NCBI GenBank assembly: GCA_040755005.1
Contig: JBFMBV010000007.1
Span: 1,181-65,180, forward strand
Direction of reading: 5' to 3'
Length of the DNA: 64,000 nt
DNA from: Bacillota bacterium
Lineage (GTDB): Bacteria > Bacillota > Sulfobacillia > JBFMBV01
The notes under the pieces were generated by a model. The model saw nothing but the letters and a program-made list of their open reading frames with translations, had not been told where the DNA came from and searched no databases. Below are positions 45,370 to 56,318 of the stretch, one piece after another (positions within the stretch are counted from its first letter, which is position 1; every line of letters starts with the position of its first letter). The translations under genes were made by a program, and so were the position numbers.

Positions 45370-46421
45370 GCCAGGCCCGCCGCCCGCGCCACGGAACCGA
45401 TGTCTGCCTCCACTTGCTCCACCTGCCCGGTGGCCCCGAAGGCCGCCTCAGGGTCTTTGAGGCCATGGCCGGTAAGGACGCATACGACCTGCCGGGCCCC
45501 GGCCAGGCGGCCTGCGCGACTGGCCTTGAGCAACCCTGCCACACTGGCGGCGGAGGCCGGCTCAGCGAAGACCCCTTCCTCCCTGGCCAGCAGGATCCAG
45601 GCCTGACGGATCTCCTCATCGGTGACGGAGTCGATCAACCCGCCGGATTCGTCCCGGGCGGCCAGCGCCCCCTCCCGGCTGGCCGGAGCGCCGATGCGGA
45701 TGGCCGTGGCGAAGGTCTCGGGCTTGAGAACCGGGGCGCCGGTCACCAGCGGGGCAGCGCCCGCCGCCTGGAACCCGAGCATCCGGGGAAGCGAGGCTGC
45801 CCGCCCTGCGGCGTGGTACTGCTTGAACCCGGCCCAGTAGGCCGTGATGTTGCCGGCATTGCCCACTGGCAGGCATAGGCAGTCCGGGGCGCAGCCGAGG
45901 TCGTCGACGACCTCGAAGGCCGCCGTCTTCTGGCCCTCAAGCCGGAACGGGTTGACCGAGTTCACCAGCGTGACCCCATGGCCCTCCGCCAGCTCGCGCA
46001 CGATGGTGAGGGCTTGGTCGAAGCTGCCCCGGACGGCGACGGCCTTCGCCCCGCAGACCATCGCCTGCGCAAGCTTGCCCATGGCGATGTGGCCGGCCGG
46101 TACCACCACCAGGCACTTGAGCCCGAAGCGGGCCGCATAGGCCGCCGCTGAGGCCGCCGTGTTGCCGGTGGAAGCGCAAGCCACCGCCCGGCTGCCGGAT
46201 TCCAGCGCCTTGGCGATGGCCAACACCATCCCCCGGTCTTTGAAGGACCCGGTGGGGTTAGCCCCTTCCCACTTCAACCAGACCTTGATGCCCCCTCCAA
46301 CAGCACGGGCCACTGCCGGCGCCGGCAGAAGGGGCGTTTCGCCCTCACCCAGGCTGATGCGGGGAGTCTGACCGGTGAGGGGTAAGCAGTCGGCGTGTAC
46401 TGCCAGGACACCACGGCGCAC
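45366..46421 (-). CDS. thrC: Threonine synthase
   Basis: EGANPTGSFKDRG, CASTGNT, NSVNP.RLEGQKT, PVGNAGN, LTGHGLKD. GTG at 46421 has RBS GGAGGT (alternative ATG at 46439). Confidence 0.95.
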   Translation of the reverse strand: MRRGVLAVHADCLPLTGQTPRISLGEGETPLLPAPAVARAVGGGIKVWLKWEGANPTGSFKDRGMVLAIAKALESGSRAVACASTGNTAASAAAYAARFGLKCLVVVPAGHIAMGKLAQAMVCGAKAVAVRGSFDQALTIVRELAEGHGVTLVNSVNPFRLEGQKTAAFEVVDDLGCAPDCLCLPVGNAGNITAYWAGFKQYHAAGRAASLPRMLGFQAAGAAPLVTGAPVLKPETFATAIRIGAPASREGALAARDESGGLIDSVTDEEIRQAWILLAREEGVFAEPASAASVAGLLKASRAGRLAGARQVVCVLTGHGLKDPEAAFGATGQVEQVEADIGSVARAAGLA

Positions 46422-46449
46422 GTCGGACACCTCCGGCATAGTGGCTCAC

Positions 46450-46478
46450 ATTCTACCACCATCCAGCTGGACGGTCAA
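46450..46478 (-). promoter_or_regulatory. SigA promoter for thrCB
   Basis: TTGACC-17 nt-TAGAAT with a TG extension on the minus strand. Confidence 0.65.
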
Positions 46479-46501
46479 ACCGAGTGGCGTGGCTACGGGT
46501 T

Positions 46502-46885
46502 CTACGGGACCACCGTGGCGGCGACGACTCTGAGGCCGCTGACAATGGCATCGGAAAAGAACCCGTTCTGGAAGGCGACGAACAGCTCGATCACCACGGG
46601 GTCACGGTCACTGAGGCCCAGCTTGCGATAGACCAGCGGGAAGATCACCGCGCCGGTCACGCAGGCCGCAACGAGCTGGCCGAAATCCAGGCCTGCCAGG
46701 CTAAGGCCGCCGGTCTCCGTCGCCCTGCGGGCCAGCACCCCAAGGACCACCGCCGCGTACAAGACGGCCGTCCACGCGGCATCGCGCCTGGCTTCCGCCG
46801 CCAGCGTCCCCCTCCCCCACGCCAACGACACCTGCGTTGGCCTGCGCAGGGTGAAGTACGCGCGAACCGTTCTAATGGCGCTCAT
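46502..46885 (-). CDS. Hypothetical membrane protein
   Basis: 127 aa with hydrophobic helices; RBS AAGGAGG; LFVAFQNGFF motif. Confidence 0.65.
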   Translation of the reverse strand: MSAIRTVRAYFTLRRPTQVSLAWGRGTLAAEARRDAAWTAVLYAAVVLGVLARRATETGGLSLAGLDFGQLVAACVTGAVIFPLVYRKLGLSDRDPVVIELFVAFQNGFFSDAIVSGLRVVAATVVP

Positions 46886-46944
46886 GCCCTCATCCTCCTT
46901 CGGGCCCGCCTATAGTGTATGAGCTGGCCCGGCCGGCGATGTGC

Positions 46945-47322
46945 CTATGTCACCCCGGCCGGCTTGGGCGGGACCTGGTCCCTCATGGCGCAGCCGTCCA
47001 AGCGGTTGCACCACGGGCACAGGTGCCCCAGCTTCGGGCGGAACTCGCGGTCGGCACGGATCTCGGCGGCCGCCCGCTTGACCGCGTCGAGGGCCCGCCC
47101 CACGTCTGCGGCGGCGCCAGGCTTCGCGGAAGAAGCGTTCAGCCGCCTCAAGGCTGCGGCCCTCCGGAGGCAGCCGGTGCAGCAGGGCCAAGGCGTCATG
47201 CACGCAGTTGCCCATGTACATGGGCAGGCTGGGCGGTTCCGGGACATGGTCGATGTATGTGAGCTTGTACCTTAACGGGCATTGGCGGTAGGCCTTGAGC
47301 TTGGAAGCGCTCAGGGTGATAC
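46945..47322 (-). pseudogene. Internally deleted, frameshifted PD-(D/E)XK (RecB/Cas4/AddB-like) nuclease remnant
   Basis: N-part ITLSASKLKAYRQCPLRYKL..MGNCVHDAL in one frame; C-part EFRPKLGHLCPWCNRLDGC in another; catalytic core absent. Confidence 0.7.
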
Positions 47323-47324
47323 CC

Positions 47325-47443
47325 TGACGCCGCCTCGCGCGCCGCCCAGACCGCCACCCGCTTGCCGGCTTGGCGCAGCCGGCCGACGGCATCGCGGAAA
47401 TCCCGGTCGCCGCTGACAATGATCACCCAGTCAAGGTCATGCA
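47325..47443 (-). pseudogene. NYN/LabA ribonuclease domain C-terminal fragment
   Basis: DWVIIVSGDRDFRDAVGRLRQAGKRVAVW matches the NYN SGDxDF motif; N-terminal half missing. Confidence 0.6.
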
Positions 47444-47494
47444 GTGGGAACCCTGCCCCTCGGCCCACTGGCTAGGGCTATCCTAGCCTCCCCC

Positions 47495-48952
47495 CTATCT
47501 GTCTTTGCTTGGTTCGGGGATCTCCACTTCAATCCCGGCCAGCCGCCGGGCGTAGGCGGCGTACTCCTCCCATGGCGTCAGGGCCCGCAGCACAAGCCGG
47601 GCCCCGTCAGGGCTGCCGCCCCCGTGCATGCAGCCGGGGACCCCAGCCCCGATGGTCAGCCACTCGGCCAGGCGCGCCGCCCGGGCACGGGGCTCGGCGG
47701 GCACGGCGGCCTTCACGTACTTGGCGACCTTGCCCCCCAGCTCCGGAGCGGTGAGGTCGCGACAGGAGGGGAGGCAGCCGGTCTCGACGATACCCCCGCC
47801 GATCTCCTGGCAGAGACGCTTAGTCTCGTAGGGCAGCGTACCGACCAGGATCTTGTTGGTGTGCGCCAGCAGGGCGTCGGACAGCCAGACGCCGCTGGGG
47901 TGGGCCCTGCCCATGGCGATGGCGCCGATGCCCAGCCCGTAAGTGGTCTCGTTGTGCTGTACCATCTGCACCAGCTTGTCCTGGAAGGTGCGCTGGGACA
48001 ACCCGTTGGCGCGGGCCATCAACAACGCGGCCCCGATCATCACGTCCCCTTGGCCGGCCACACATGCCCCGATACAGGCCCGGTAGGTCGCCGTGAAGTA
48101 GCTGATGACCTTCCCCGTAGCGCCGTGTTCCCCGCACAGGAAGACCCGCTCGTTGGGAACGTAGACGTCATCGAAGATGAGGTAGGCCTGGGTGATGCCT
48201 GTGTCCGGGACGTCGAACCCATCCTCCAGTTCCCTGCAGTCGCTGGGGCGCCTGGTCTCGATAATGGTAAGCCCGTCGGCGTCCCGGGGGATGACGAAGG
48301 CCACCGCGTAAGCGCGGTCGGCCTCCTTATAGGCCGCGCCCGGCAGGACAAAGATCTCGTGGCTGGCGGCTACCCCGCAGATCATGGCCTTGGCCCCGCG
48401 GACGATGATCCCGCCCGTACGCTCCCCAGCGATGTGCACGTTCATATCCGGGTCGTCCTGCAGGGACGGGGGTTTGGAGCGGTCCCCCTTGGGATCGGTG
48501 AGGGCGCCAGCCACCATCAGCCCGCGCGCCTCCGCGTACAGGGCCCATGCCTTCAGACGCTCGTGGTAGCCGGTGCCCGCCTGGGCATCCAGCTCGTGGG
48601 TGACCGCCCACAGGGTGTTGAGGGCGTTCCACCCAACGCAGGCGCCGCCCGTGCAGGTGCCAGTCAGCCGGTACATCGTCCGCTTCAGCCGGGCATTGGC
48701 GATCACGTCAGCCTGGGTCGCCATCAGCGTGTTGAACCGATGGCAGACGCCACCGCTCAAGTGCGAGGTCGCGGTGAAGAGGCTGGCATTGGCGGGGTCA
48801 TGGGCCGCATCGTAAACCCGGGCGTGGCTCTCCACAGTTCGCCGGGTGGCGGGATGGGTCGTGACGTCCTCGAGCAGTGCGCCGAACTTGTACAGGTTGG
48901 GCCGCAGCGCACGCAGGGAAGCAAGATAGTCGTCGCGCGTCCTCAGTGCCAT
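47495..48952 (-). CDS. 4-hydroxybutyryl-CoA dehydratase / 4-HPA 3-hydroxylase family flavoprotein
   Basis: DYLASLR, TGTCTGGACVG, GALTDPKGDRS, IIVRGAKA, IFDDVYVPNERVF, MHGGGSP. Confidence 0.85.
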   Translation of the reverse strand: MALRTRDDYLASLRALRPNLYKFGALLEDVTTHPATRRTVESHARVYDAAHDPANASLFTATSHLSGGVCHRFNTLMATQADVIANARLKRTMYRLTGTCTGGACVGWNALNTLWAVTHELDAQAGTGYHERLKAWALYAEARGLMVAGALTDPKGDRSKPPSLQDDPDMNVHIAGERTGGIIVRGAKAMICGVAASHEIFVLPGAAYKEADRAYAVAFVIPRDADGLTIIETRRPSDCRELEDGFDVPDTGITQAYLIFDDVYVPNERVFLCGEHGATGKVISYFTATYRACIGACVAGQGDVMIGAALLMARANGLSQRTFQDKLVQMVQHNETTYGLGIGAIAMGRAHPSGVWLSDALLAHTNKILVGTLPYETKRLCQEIGGGIVETGCLPSCRDLTAPELGGKVAKYVKAAVPAEPRARAARLAEWLTIGAGVPGCMHGGGSPDGARLVLRALTPWEEYAAYARRLAGIEVEIPEPSKDR

Positions 48953-49067
48953 GGGGGGACCTCCTCGCAACGCAGTTGGGTGCGGGGCAAGGAGCAATTC
49001 GGCCCGCCGCGGGCGGTTACCTGCTCACAGCGGGCCGGCCAGCTCTTGAGGAGGATGGCGTCGGCGG

Positions 49068-50063
49068 TCAGTCGTCGTCCAGCGTGCGTTCGGGCGACAG
49101 CAGTTTCGCAACGGTCAGGAATCGGTACCCCTGGCCTCTGAGCCTGGGGATGATCCGGGCCAGCGCCGGGGCCGTCTGCTGGGTCGGGTGACAGAGGATC
49201 ATCCCGCCGGGGACGGCGTTGGCCGTGATCTTGGCCACCATCTTGTCTACCCCCGGCAGGCTCCAGTCGACTGTGTCCAGGCTGCGGGGAGACTGGGTCC
49301 AAAGGACGGTGCCGAGCCCCAGCTCATGGGCTGCTGCGACCACGTCCAGGTTCACATCGCCGGCGGGCGGCGTGAACCAGGTCTCTGTCACCCCGGTGGC
49401 CTTGTGGATCTGCTCGCTCGTCCGGCGGATGCTCTCCCGGCGCGCGTCAGGCTGCTGCTTAGTCATGATCGGGTGATTGTAGGCGTGGTTGCCCAGTTCA
49501 TGACCGTGGTCCCGGATGGCACGGGCGAGATCAGGGAAGCGCGCCACCCAATAGCCGTCCAGGAAGAAGGTTGCCTTGACGTTCTCCTCGCGCAGCAGCT
49601 CCAGCAGGCCTGGTAGATACTCGTTACCCCACGCCACGTTGATCAGCAACGTCACCGCCTTGCGGGCGGGGTTACCCCGGTAGATCGGCCTAGGCCCGAA
49701 GCTGGAGCGGGTGACGGCCGCCCGGACCTGGAGGAGCGCAGGCTCGAGCTTGGTGCCTGGCCTGGCCTTAAGTAGCGCTTCCTGAGTGGCGGCGACATCG
49801 AGGGCTATCCCGTTGAGGTCAGGGACCACGCCCTCACCCACCCGTTCACGCACGGCGTCGATCGGAGCCCTCGCTAAGTCCTGGGCCAGCTTGGCCAAGA
49901 TGGGGTCAAGGGCCGGACGGTCCAAGCCCCCAACGGGCAAGAGGCCGAGCATCACTCCAGCGGCCACCCTGGGGGCGGGCAGCTTCGACTGATCCAGATC
50001 TAGTTCGCACGCAGGCGCCGACAACAGCAGGACGAAGACAGCGACGATACTGAGTGTACGCAA
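49068..50063 (-). CDS. Polysaccharide deacetylase, YlxY-like
   Basis: PIYRGNP..VTLLINVAWGNEY, ATFFLDG, HELGNHAYNHP, WFTPPAG, DTVDW, ILCHPT. Confidence 0.88.
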   Translation of the reverse strand: MRTLSIVAVFVLLLSAPACELDLDQSKLPAPRVAAGVMLGLLPVGGLDRPALDPILAKLAQDLARAPIDAVRERVGEGVVPDLNGIALDVAATQEALLKARPGTKLEPALLQVRAAVTRSSFGPRPIYRGNPARKAVTLLINVAWGNEYLPGLLELLREENVKATFFLDGYWVARFPDLARAIRDHGHELGNHAYNHPIMTKQQPDARRESIRRTSEQIHKATGVTETWFTPPAGDVNLDVVAAAHELGLGTVLWTQSPRSLDTVDWSLPGVDKMVAKITANAVPGGMILCHPTQQTAPALARIIPRLRGQGYRFLTVAKLLSPERTLDDD

Positions 50064-50176
50064 GAGCGAGCAGCCCTCCTCTTACAGGTAGGACTGCCCA
50101 GGTGGCTGCGAGGCTATGCCGCGGTAGCTGGCTGCGCAGCAGACCGCCCGCTGCAACCAGTTGCTGGGCGCCCCTC

Positions 50177-53100
50177 TCATGCAGTGGCCCATTCCGCGGA
50201 CAGTAGCGCCGCCTGCTCCAGCACCGTCGCCGTCGCCTTCTCTTGCTTGTCCGGCGGGTAGCCATACTTGCGCAGGATGCGCTTCACTAGCACGCGCAAC
50301 TGGGCGCGGACGTTCTCCCGTAGGGTCCAGTCGATCGTCACGTTCCTCCGTACCGTCTCGACCAGCTCGCGTGCGATCGTGCGGAGCGTGTCGTCGCCTA
50401 GTACCTTCACTGCGCTGTCGTTGGTCTCCAGGGCGTCGTAGAACGCCAACTCGTCTTCGGTGAGCCCCAACACCTCGCCGCGCGCCCGGGCCTCGCGCAT
50501 CTCCCTCGCCAGCGCGATCAGCTCCTCGATCACCTGCGCTGCCTCGATGGCCCGGTTCTGGTAGCGACGGATGGTCTGCTCCAGCATCTCGGCGAACGAT
50601 CTGGCCTGCACTACGTTCTTGCGGCGAAGGGTCGCCAGCTCTCCCTTGAGCAGCTTCTGCAGGAGTTCCACGGCCAGGTTCCGCTGCGGCATCCCGCGCA
50701 CGTCGGCCATAAACTCCTCCGACAGGATGGAGATGTCGGGCTTGTGCAGCCCCGCAGCGGCGAAGATGTCCAGGACCCCTTCCGGGGCGACGGCCCGGGA
50801 GATGATCTGGCGTACCGCGTGGTCCAACTCCGCCTCGGGGCGCGTCTCACCCGGCGCGCGCTTGGCGAGCACCGCCTGCACGGCCTGAAAGAACGCCACG
50901 TCGTCGCGGATGCGCAACGCCTCCGTGTGAGGCACGGCCAGCGCGAAGGCCTGCGAAAGCTCGCGCACCGCTTGGAGGCAACGGTCCTTGCCGTTCCCCT
51001 GTGAAAGGATGTGCTCCTGCGCCGCGGTCAGAAGCGCGAGGCGCTCGGCCGACGCGCCGGTCGCCCACTTCGCCCAGTCAAGGCCCTCCGTGGCGCCGGT
51101 CGGCGTGGTAATCGGCCCGAACAGGCCGCGGCAGACCTCGTGCTTTTCCAGCATCAGCGCCACCGCTTCCTCCTGGTCGAGCGCGGTGCGGCCAGTGCCG
51201 CCGCTTTCGGTGTAGGTGGCCAGCGCGGCCTTGAGCTCCTGCGCGAGACCCAGGTAGTCTACTACCAGGCCGCCGGGCTTGTCCTTGAACACGCGGTTGA
51301 CGCGCGCGATGGCCTGCATCAGCCCGTGCCCGCGCATGGGTTTGTCTACGTACATGGTGTGCAGGCTCGGCGCGTCAAAGCCCGTGAGCCACATGTCGCG
51401 CACCAGCACCAGGTTGAGCGGGTCGGCGGGACTGCGGAAGCGTTTGGCCAGCTTCTCGCGCCGAGGCTTGTTGCGGATGTGCGGTTGCCAGTCCGCGAGG
51501 TCGGAGGCCGAGCCAGTCATCACCACCTTCACCGCCCCCTGCGCGTCGTCTTCAGCAGCCCATGTCGGCCGCAGCTTCACCAACTCGCGATACAACTCCA
51601 CGCAGATGCGCCGACTCATGCAGACGACCATCGCCTTGCCGTCGATGGCCTCGAGCCGCTTCTCGAAGTGCTCCACGATGTCCCGCGCCACCAGTGCCAG
51701 CCGTTTCTCGGCGCCAACCACGGCCTCCAGCTGCGCCCACCTGGTCTTGAGCTTCTCCTTGCGCTCGACCTCCTCACCCTCGGTCGCTTCCTCGAAGTCG
51801 GGGTCGATCTTCGGCCGCTCGGCCTCGTCGAGCGCCAGCTTGGCAAGCCGGCTTTCGTAGTAGATCGGTACTGTCGCGCCGTCTTGGACAGAGCGCTGGA
51901 TGTCGTAGACGCTGATGTAGTCCCCGAACACCTGGCGCGTGTTGGCGTCGGCCAGTTCGATGGGCGTGCCGGTGAAGCCGATAAAAGAGGCGTGCGGCAG
52001 CGCGTCGCGCATGTGACCGGCGAAGCCGTCGGCGAAGTCGTACTGGCTGCGGTGCGCCTCATCGGCGATTACCACAATGTTGCGCCGATCTGAGAGCTTG
52101 GGGTGCCGGTCGCCTTTCTCTTCGGGGAAAAACTTGTGGATCGTGGTGAACACCACGCCGCCCCCCACCACCGAGAGCAGTTCGCGGAGGTGCGCGCGGC
52201 TCTCGGCCTGCACGGGGGGCTGGCGGAGCAGCTCCTGGCAGCGCGAGAACGTGCCGAAAAGCTGGTCGTCGAGGTCGATGCGGTCGGTGAGCACGACCAG
52301 CGTGGGGTTCGCCATCGCCGGCTCGCGGATGATGCGGCCCGCGTAGAACGCCATGGTCAGGCTCTTGCCTGAGCCCTGCGTGTGCCACACCACGCCCACG
52401 CGCCGGTCACCGGGCTTGCCGCCGGGTTTGTGCCCCGCCTCGTAGCGCCCGGCCTCGGCAACGCGGTCAACCCGGGCCAGCTCCGCCGCGCGGAGGGTCT
52501 CGCGCACCGCCACGTGAACCGCGTGGAATTGGTGGTAGCCGGCCATCTTCTTGTCGAGCTGGCCGCTGCCGTCGTCCTCGAAAACGATGAAATCGCGCAC
52601 CAAGTCGAGGAAGCGCCGCTTCTCAAATAGCCCCTCGATGACGACCTGTAACTGCGGCACCGTTTCGGGCGCGAGCATCTCGCCGCCGACGGTGCGCCAC
52701 GGCTTGAACCACTCCCGGCCGGCAGTGAGCGTCCCGACGCGGGCCTCGACGCCGTCGGAGACGACCAGCACCGCGTTCGGCGCAAACAGCGACGGAATCT
52801 CGGCCTTGTAGGTCTGAAGCTGCTGGAAGGCCGTCCAGATGGTCGCGTCTTCGTCCGCCGCGTTCTTGAGCTCGATCACCGCCAGCGGCAGGCCGTTGAC
52901 GAACAGCACCACGTCCGGGCGACGGCTGTGCTTGTTTTCGACCACCGCGAACTGGTTGACGGCGAGCCAATCGTTGTTGCCGGGATCGTCGAAGTCAAGC
53001 ACCTGCGCCTGCGCGCCGCGGATCGCACCGTCCGCCGCGCGATATTCCATGGTTACGCCGTCCACGAGGATAAGATGGAGCGCCCGGTTGCGCTGGATCA

Positions 53101-53350
53101 GGTCCGCCCCTTCGGGCCGCGTGAGCTTGCGGAAGGCGTCGTCCAGCGCTTCGGCCGGAAGGTGCGGGTTGAGGCGGGCGAGCGCATCTCGCAGGCGCTG
53201 GGTAAGCACCACCTCGCCGTAGTCGCGCCGCTCGGCCAAGAGCTGATCCGGCGCGATCTCCGGACCGTGCGCGATGCGCCAGCCCATGGCCTCCAGCCAG
53301 GCCAGCGCGGCTTGCTCGACGACGGATTCGGTGACCCCACGTTCGGTCAT
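50177..53350 (-). CDS. hsdR: Type I restriction endonuclease subunit R
   Basis: [59 protein letters not shown]. Confidence 0.96.
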   Translation of the reverse strand: MTERGVTESVVEQAALAWLEAMGWRIAHGPEIAPDQLLAERRDYGEVVLTQRLRDALARLNPHLPAEALDDAFRKLTRPEGADLIQRNRALHLILVDGVTMEYRAADGAIRGAQAQVLDFDDPGNNDWLAVNQFAVVENKHSRRPDVVLFVNGLPLAVIELKNAADEDATIWTAFQQLQTYKAEIPSLFAPNAVLVVSDGVEARVGTLTAGREWFKPWRTVGGEMLAPETVPQLQVVIEGLFEKRRFLDLVRDFIVFEDDGSGQLDKKMAGYHQFHAVHVAVRETLRAAELARVDRVAEAGRYEAGHKPGGKPGDRRVGVVWHTQGSGKSLTMAFYAGRIIREPAMANPTLVVLTDRIDLDDQLFGTFSRCQELLRQPPVQAESRAHLRELLSVVGGGVVFTTIHKFFPEEKGDRHPKLSDRRNIVVIADEAHRSQYDFADGFAGHMRDALPHASFIGFTGTPIELADANTRQVFGDYISVYDIQRSVQDGATVPIYYESRLAKLALDEAERPKIDPDFEEATEGEEVERKEKLKTRWAQLEAVVGAEKRLALVARDIVEHFEKRLEAIDGKAMVVCMSRRICVELYRELVKLRPTWAAEDDAQGAVKVVMTGSASDLADWQPHIRNKPRREKLAKRFRSPADPLNLVLVRDMWLTGFDAPSLHTMYVDKPMRGHGLMQAIARVNRVFKDKPGGLVVDYLGLAQELKAALATYTESGGTGRTALDQEEAVALMLEKHEVCRGLFGPITTPTGATEGLDWAKWATGASAERLALLTAAQEHILSQGNGKDRCLQAVRELSQAFALAVPHTEALRIRDDVAFFQAVQAVLAKRAPGETRPEAELDHAVRQIISRAVAPEGVLDIFAAAGLHKPDISILSEEFMADVRGMPQRNLAVELLQKLLKGELATLRRKNVVQARSFAEMLEQTIRRYQNRAIEAAQVIEELIALAREMREARARGEVLGLTEDELAFYDALETNDSAVKVLGDDTLRTIARELVETVRRNVTIDWTLRENVRAQLRVLVKRILRKYGYPPDKQEKATATVLEQAALLSAEWATA

Positions 53351-55029
53351 GGTTTCCCCTTGCGGGACTTTGCCTCGGACGCGCTGAGGCCCGTCGCTCC
53401 CGTACCCTTCTTGTTCTTCGGTTTGCTCGCAGTTCCCGCGGATTCGCTCACAGGTGCGAACGCGACTTTGAAGCCCAACTCCTGTAGTAGCTTCGTATGC
53501 TGCATGAGGTTCAACTGACTGAAGAAAGGCAACGCATCCGCCTCCGTGCCGCTCTTCGTGATTACTGCATATACGACCTCCCACTCGCCTGGAGTGGGGC
53601 GAGTAGAATCATCGGGAATCACGCTCTGCCACGTCGCAGTCAGCTTTGCCCGTAAGTTGTTTCGTACGCTTCCGTCACCAAGAAACACTCGTGCCCCAAC
53701 GGTTCCTTGCGAGAAGAGATGACTTAGGGTTGAGGACCGCGACTTCCGTTTCACATGCACAAAACGATTACGGCGTCCGAGCAGGTCGCAGAACTCGATT
53801 TCTGTGGCCGCATCCAGTGGCTTGAATAACTCGCCATCCAAACAGAAATAGTCGCTCACGTGCGCCTCAGCTACACGTCCGTTGTAGTCGCCTTCCTTCT
53901 CCTCTGGACGTGCCGCCGGTAGTGTGCCAAACACAGGGACGTTCCGCACAAACTGCTTGACGGTCTGTGCAAAGCTGGTCTCCACCTGAAACCACTTGCC
54001 TTCAACCAGCACGTGCAGGCTGCCGTCCGTCTCGGTTTCCCAGACGATGCAAGAGAAAAGCGACCACTTATCCTGAAACTGTCCGGACTCGCTATGTCGC
54101 AACGAGACGCGATAGGACTTGATCTTTTCAATCGTCAGGGCAGTGACGTCATCGTTGGCAAGCTGGCTCAGATAGTCGTCGATGTCCAGGTCGTTGTACT
54201 CGTGCCTGCGCGTTCCGGTGATCTGAAAGCAATCGACGTTCTGCCAATCCAGCGGCTCCGGTGCGGCAAGATGGAGCCTCTCGGTCTGCTTGTTGCGAAT
54301 GGCTTCTATGAGTCTGTCGTTAAGCTTGTCCAACAGTCCTTGGTCTCGCACTTCCTGCAGGTTATCGATCCAAGCAAAGTTCGTCTTGTACGTGCTCTCT
54401 TGCGACTTTGCGAGAAGTTGCCTGCACTTATCTTCGAGATCGCGCGCTCTGATTGGAAGGTTTATCGTGACGGCATCGGCGCCAGTCACGCGCTTGGCGA
54501 AGCCCTGATCGGTCGGTTCGCCAGTGATCGCGCGGAGCATGTCCCTAGAAATATCGAGGCCAAACGGCGTCAGGTCTGCGCTTCGGCTTGCCTGCTTTCT
54601 CGTGGACATCGCGAACTCTTCGTAGGTTCGGATGTCCATGCTTCGGAGCTGCTTGTGATCGATCGTGTTTAGTGCCACCTTTAGTCCGAACCCAAGTTCG
54701 TAGCAAGCGGGCTTGAGGAGGTTGCGGCCGTAGCCGAAGGTGATCGCAAAGAGCCGCGCGGCAGCCCTAACGAATAGGACCGCTGCAACCGTGGTCCCCT
54801 TGATGTCCTTCGGACAATGTTCGAGGGCATCGTCGATGAACGAAATCCAAGCGGGCGTTCGACTCCGGGGCATTGCGTGCCAGAACTCACCTGTGAATCC
54901 CGCGTCGTTCTTGAGCTTGACGAGGCTTAAATTCTCAGGGTCTTGAAGCCCCGCCTCGCAGGATTTCACGGAGTCCTTGAGAAGCAGGATCGTGAGCTTG
55001 CGCGTCTTCTCTTTCGCCTCTCTTGCCAT
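53347..55029 (-). CDS. TIGR04141/DUF6119-like sporadically distributed protein (putative nuclease)
   Basis: [52 protein letters not shown]; lower GC; coupled to hsdS and hsdR. Confidence 0.75.
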   Translation of the reverse strand: MAREAKEKTRKLTILLLKDSVKSCEAGLQDPENLSLVKLKNDAGFTGEFWHAMPRSRTPAWISFIDDALEHCPKDIKGTTVAAVLFVRAAARLFAITFGYGRNLLKPACYELGFGLKVALNTIDHKQLRSMDIRTYEEFAMSTRKQASRSADLTPFGLDISRDMLRAITGEPTDQGFAKRVTGADAVTINLPIRARDLEDKCRQLLAKSQESTYKTNFAWIDNLQEVRDQGLLDKLNDRLIEAIRNKQTERLHLAAPEPLDWQNVDCFQITGTRRHEYNDLDIDDYLSQLANDDVTALTIEKIKSYRVSLRHSESGQFQDKWSLFSCIVWETETDGSLHVLVEGKWFQVETSFAQTVKQFVRNVPVFGTLPAARPEEKEGDYNGRVAEAHVSDYFCLDGELFKPLDAATEIEFCDLLGRRNRFVHVKRKSRSSTLSHLFSQGTVGARVFLGDGSVRNNLRAKLTATWQSVIPDDSTRPTPGEWEVVYAVITKSGTEADALPFFSQLNLMQHTKLLQELGFKVAFAPVSESAGTASKPKNKKGTGATGLSASEAKSRKGKP

Positions 55030-56258
55030 CAGACAGCCCTCGCGATGAACTTCTCGGCATCCCTCACCCGCAACTTCCCAGAGATGAGTTTGGGGAGCAG
55101 CGCATCGCGCAGGGCGGCGAGGGTGCGGGATTCGCGGCGGCACTCAAGTAGCCGGTCTGCCAGAGGGCAGGCAAGTCGCTCGAAGGCGGCATTGATCGCT
55201 GCGGTGGGCATGACGATGGCCATTCCTAGGATGGCGCTTGGCTGCGCTCGCTGGTGGCTCTTCGATGTTCCAGTAACAAGCCCTTCGATGTCCTGCCGAA
55301 AGATAGGCGATCGCATGCCGCAGTACGCGTATGTCCGCCCATACCGTGAACGAGGCGCGAGAACAAGGAACTCCGTAGAGCACACAGCGCGATCACCCGG
55401 CTGGATGTCAACGAGCCATACGCGTTCGATCTCCGGATTGAGCTTGGAGAGCAAGACGACTCTTAGCGGAACTCGGAACTTCAGACTCTTTATGCTCGCG
55501 CCGTGCTCCAACGTCGGCCATTGGCCGTCGTCGAATGCGGGAATGCTGAAGTGTCGAAATACCGCGTCCGGAGAGTCAAGGGGATTCTCGCTGTCGCGCA
55601 AATGCTCGACCACATCGCCGAGCTTCCCCACCTCCCATCCCTCCGGGATCTCGCCGAGTTCGGAGTCGACGAGGCGTGCGGGGAAGAGGTCGGCGAGGGG
55701 CTTGGGGAGGCCGGGGTTACGGCCTTCGGCCTTAGCGCGGACGGGGGCGAAGTCCACGAACCACGACTTGAACAGCGCCCGCGCCATCTCCTCCAGCGTC
55801 TCGCTCATCCGCCGGTTCAACTCGATCTTGTCGTCCAGCGTTCCGAGGATGTGGGCGATGGCGCGCTGTTCCGCTGGCGGGGGAACGAGGACCGGCAGGT
55901 TGTAGAACGCTTCGCGGCTTGTGGAAGGAATCGCCGAGCCGCTGTCCATCCCGTTGATGTCTTGGGTCAGTAGTTCGTAGTAGGCCCAGCGAGCATCGAT
56001 CTCGCTCTTTGGCTCCAGGTAGAAGGCGGTGTCGATCACGAAAAAGGGTGCGGGAGAGTAATGAACGCCCCGATAGGCACCCTTCCGGCCAATGATGACG
56101 CTGGGGTGACAGCATAGTGCTTCGTCATACCAGCCTACGGGGCCATTTGTTCCAAAGACGCGAAACCGACCCTTGCTCTCCGCATAACCTCGCAGCGCCC
56201 GGCCGTACTCAAGGGTTGCGAGGTCTCCCCACGTCAGCTCACGCCACTCACCCGCCAT
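55029..56258 (-). CDS. hsdS: Type I restriction specificity subunit S
   Basis: Two TRDs with conserved PPPAEQRAIAHILGTLDDKIELN, ELGEIPEGW, LAALRDALLPKLISG. Confidence 0.95.
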   Translation of the reverse strand: MAGEWRELTWGDLATLEYGRALRGYAESKGRFRVFGTNGPVGWYDEALCCHPSVIIGRKGAYRGVHYSPAPFFVIDTAFYLEPKSEIDARWAYYELLTQDINGMDSGSAIPSTSREAFYNLPVLVPPPAEQRAIAHILGTLDDKIELNRRMSETLEEMARALFKSWFVDFAPVRAKAEGRNPGLPKPLADLFPARLVDSELGEIPEGWEVGKLGDVVEHLRDSENPLDSPDAVFRHFSIPAFDDGQWPTLEHGASIKSLKFRVPLRVVLLSKLNPEIERVWLVDIQPGDRAVCSTEFLVLAPRSRYGRTYAYCGMRSPIFRQDIEGLVTGTSKSHQRAQPSAILGMAIVMPTAAINAAFERLACPLADRLLECRRESRTLAALRDALLPKLISGKLRVRDAEKFIARAV

Positions 56259-56298
56259 ACCCAAGCTCCTTCGGGTTGGCGGCCTCGGCCCATTGCTT
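56248..56298 (-). repeat. Degenerate copy of the hsdM 3' tail (copy 3), supplying the hsdS RBS/start
   Basis: Reads KQWAEAANPKELGYGG*, compared with hsd[23 protein letters not shown]. Confidence 0.75.
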
Positions 56299-56318
56299 GG
56301 CAGTATTCTCGATGCCCC

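Noticed and set aside
46945-47322. cas4 / CRISPR locus
   Set aside because: No repeat-spacer array or other cas genes were seen anywhere in the window; it is a generic nuclease remnant.
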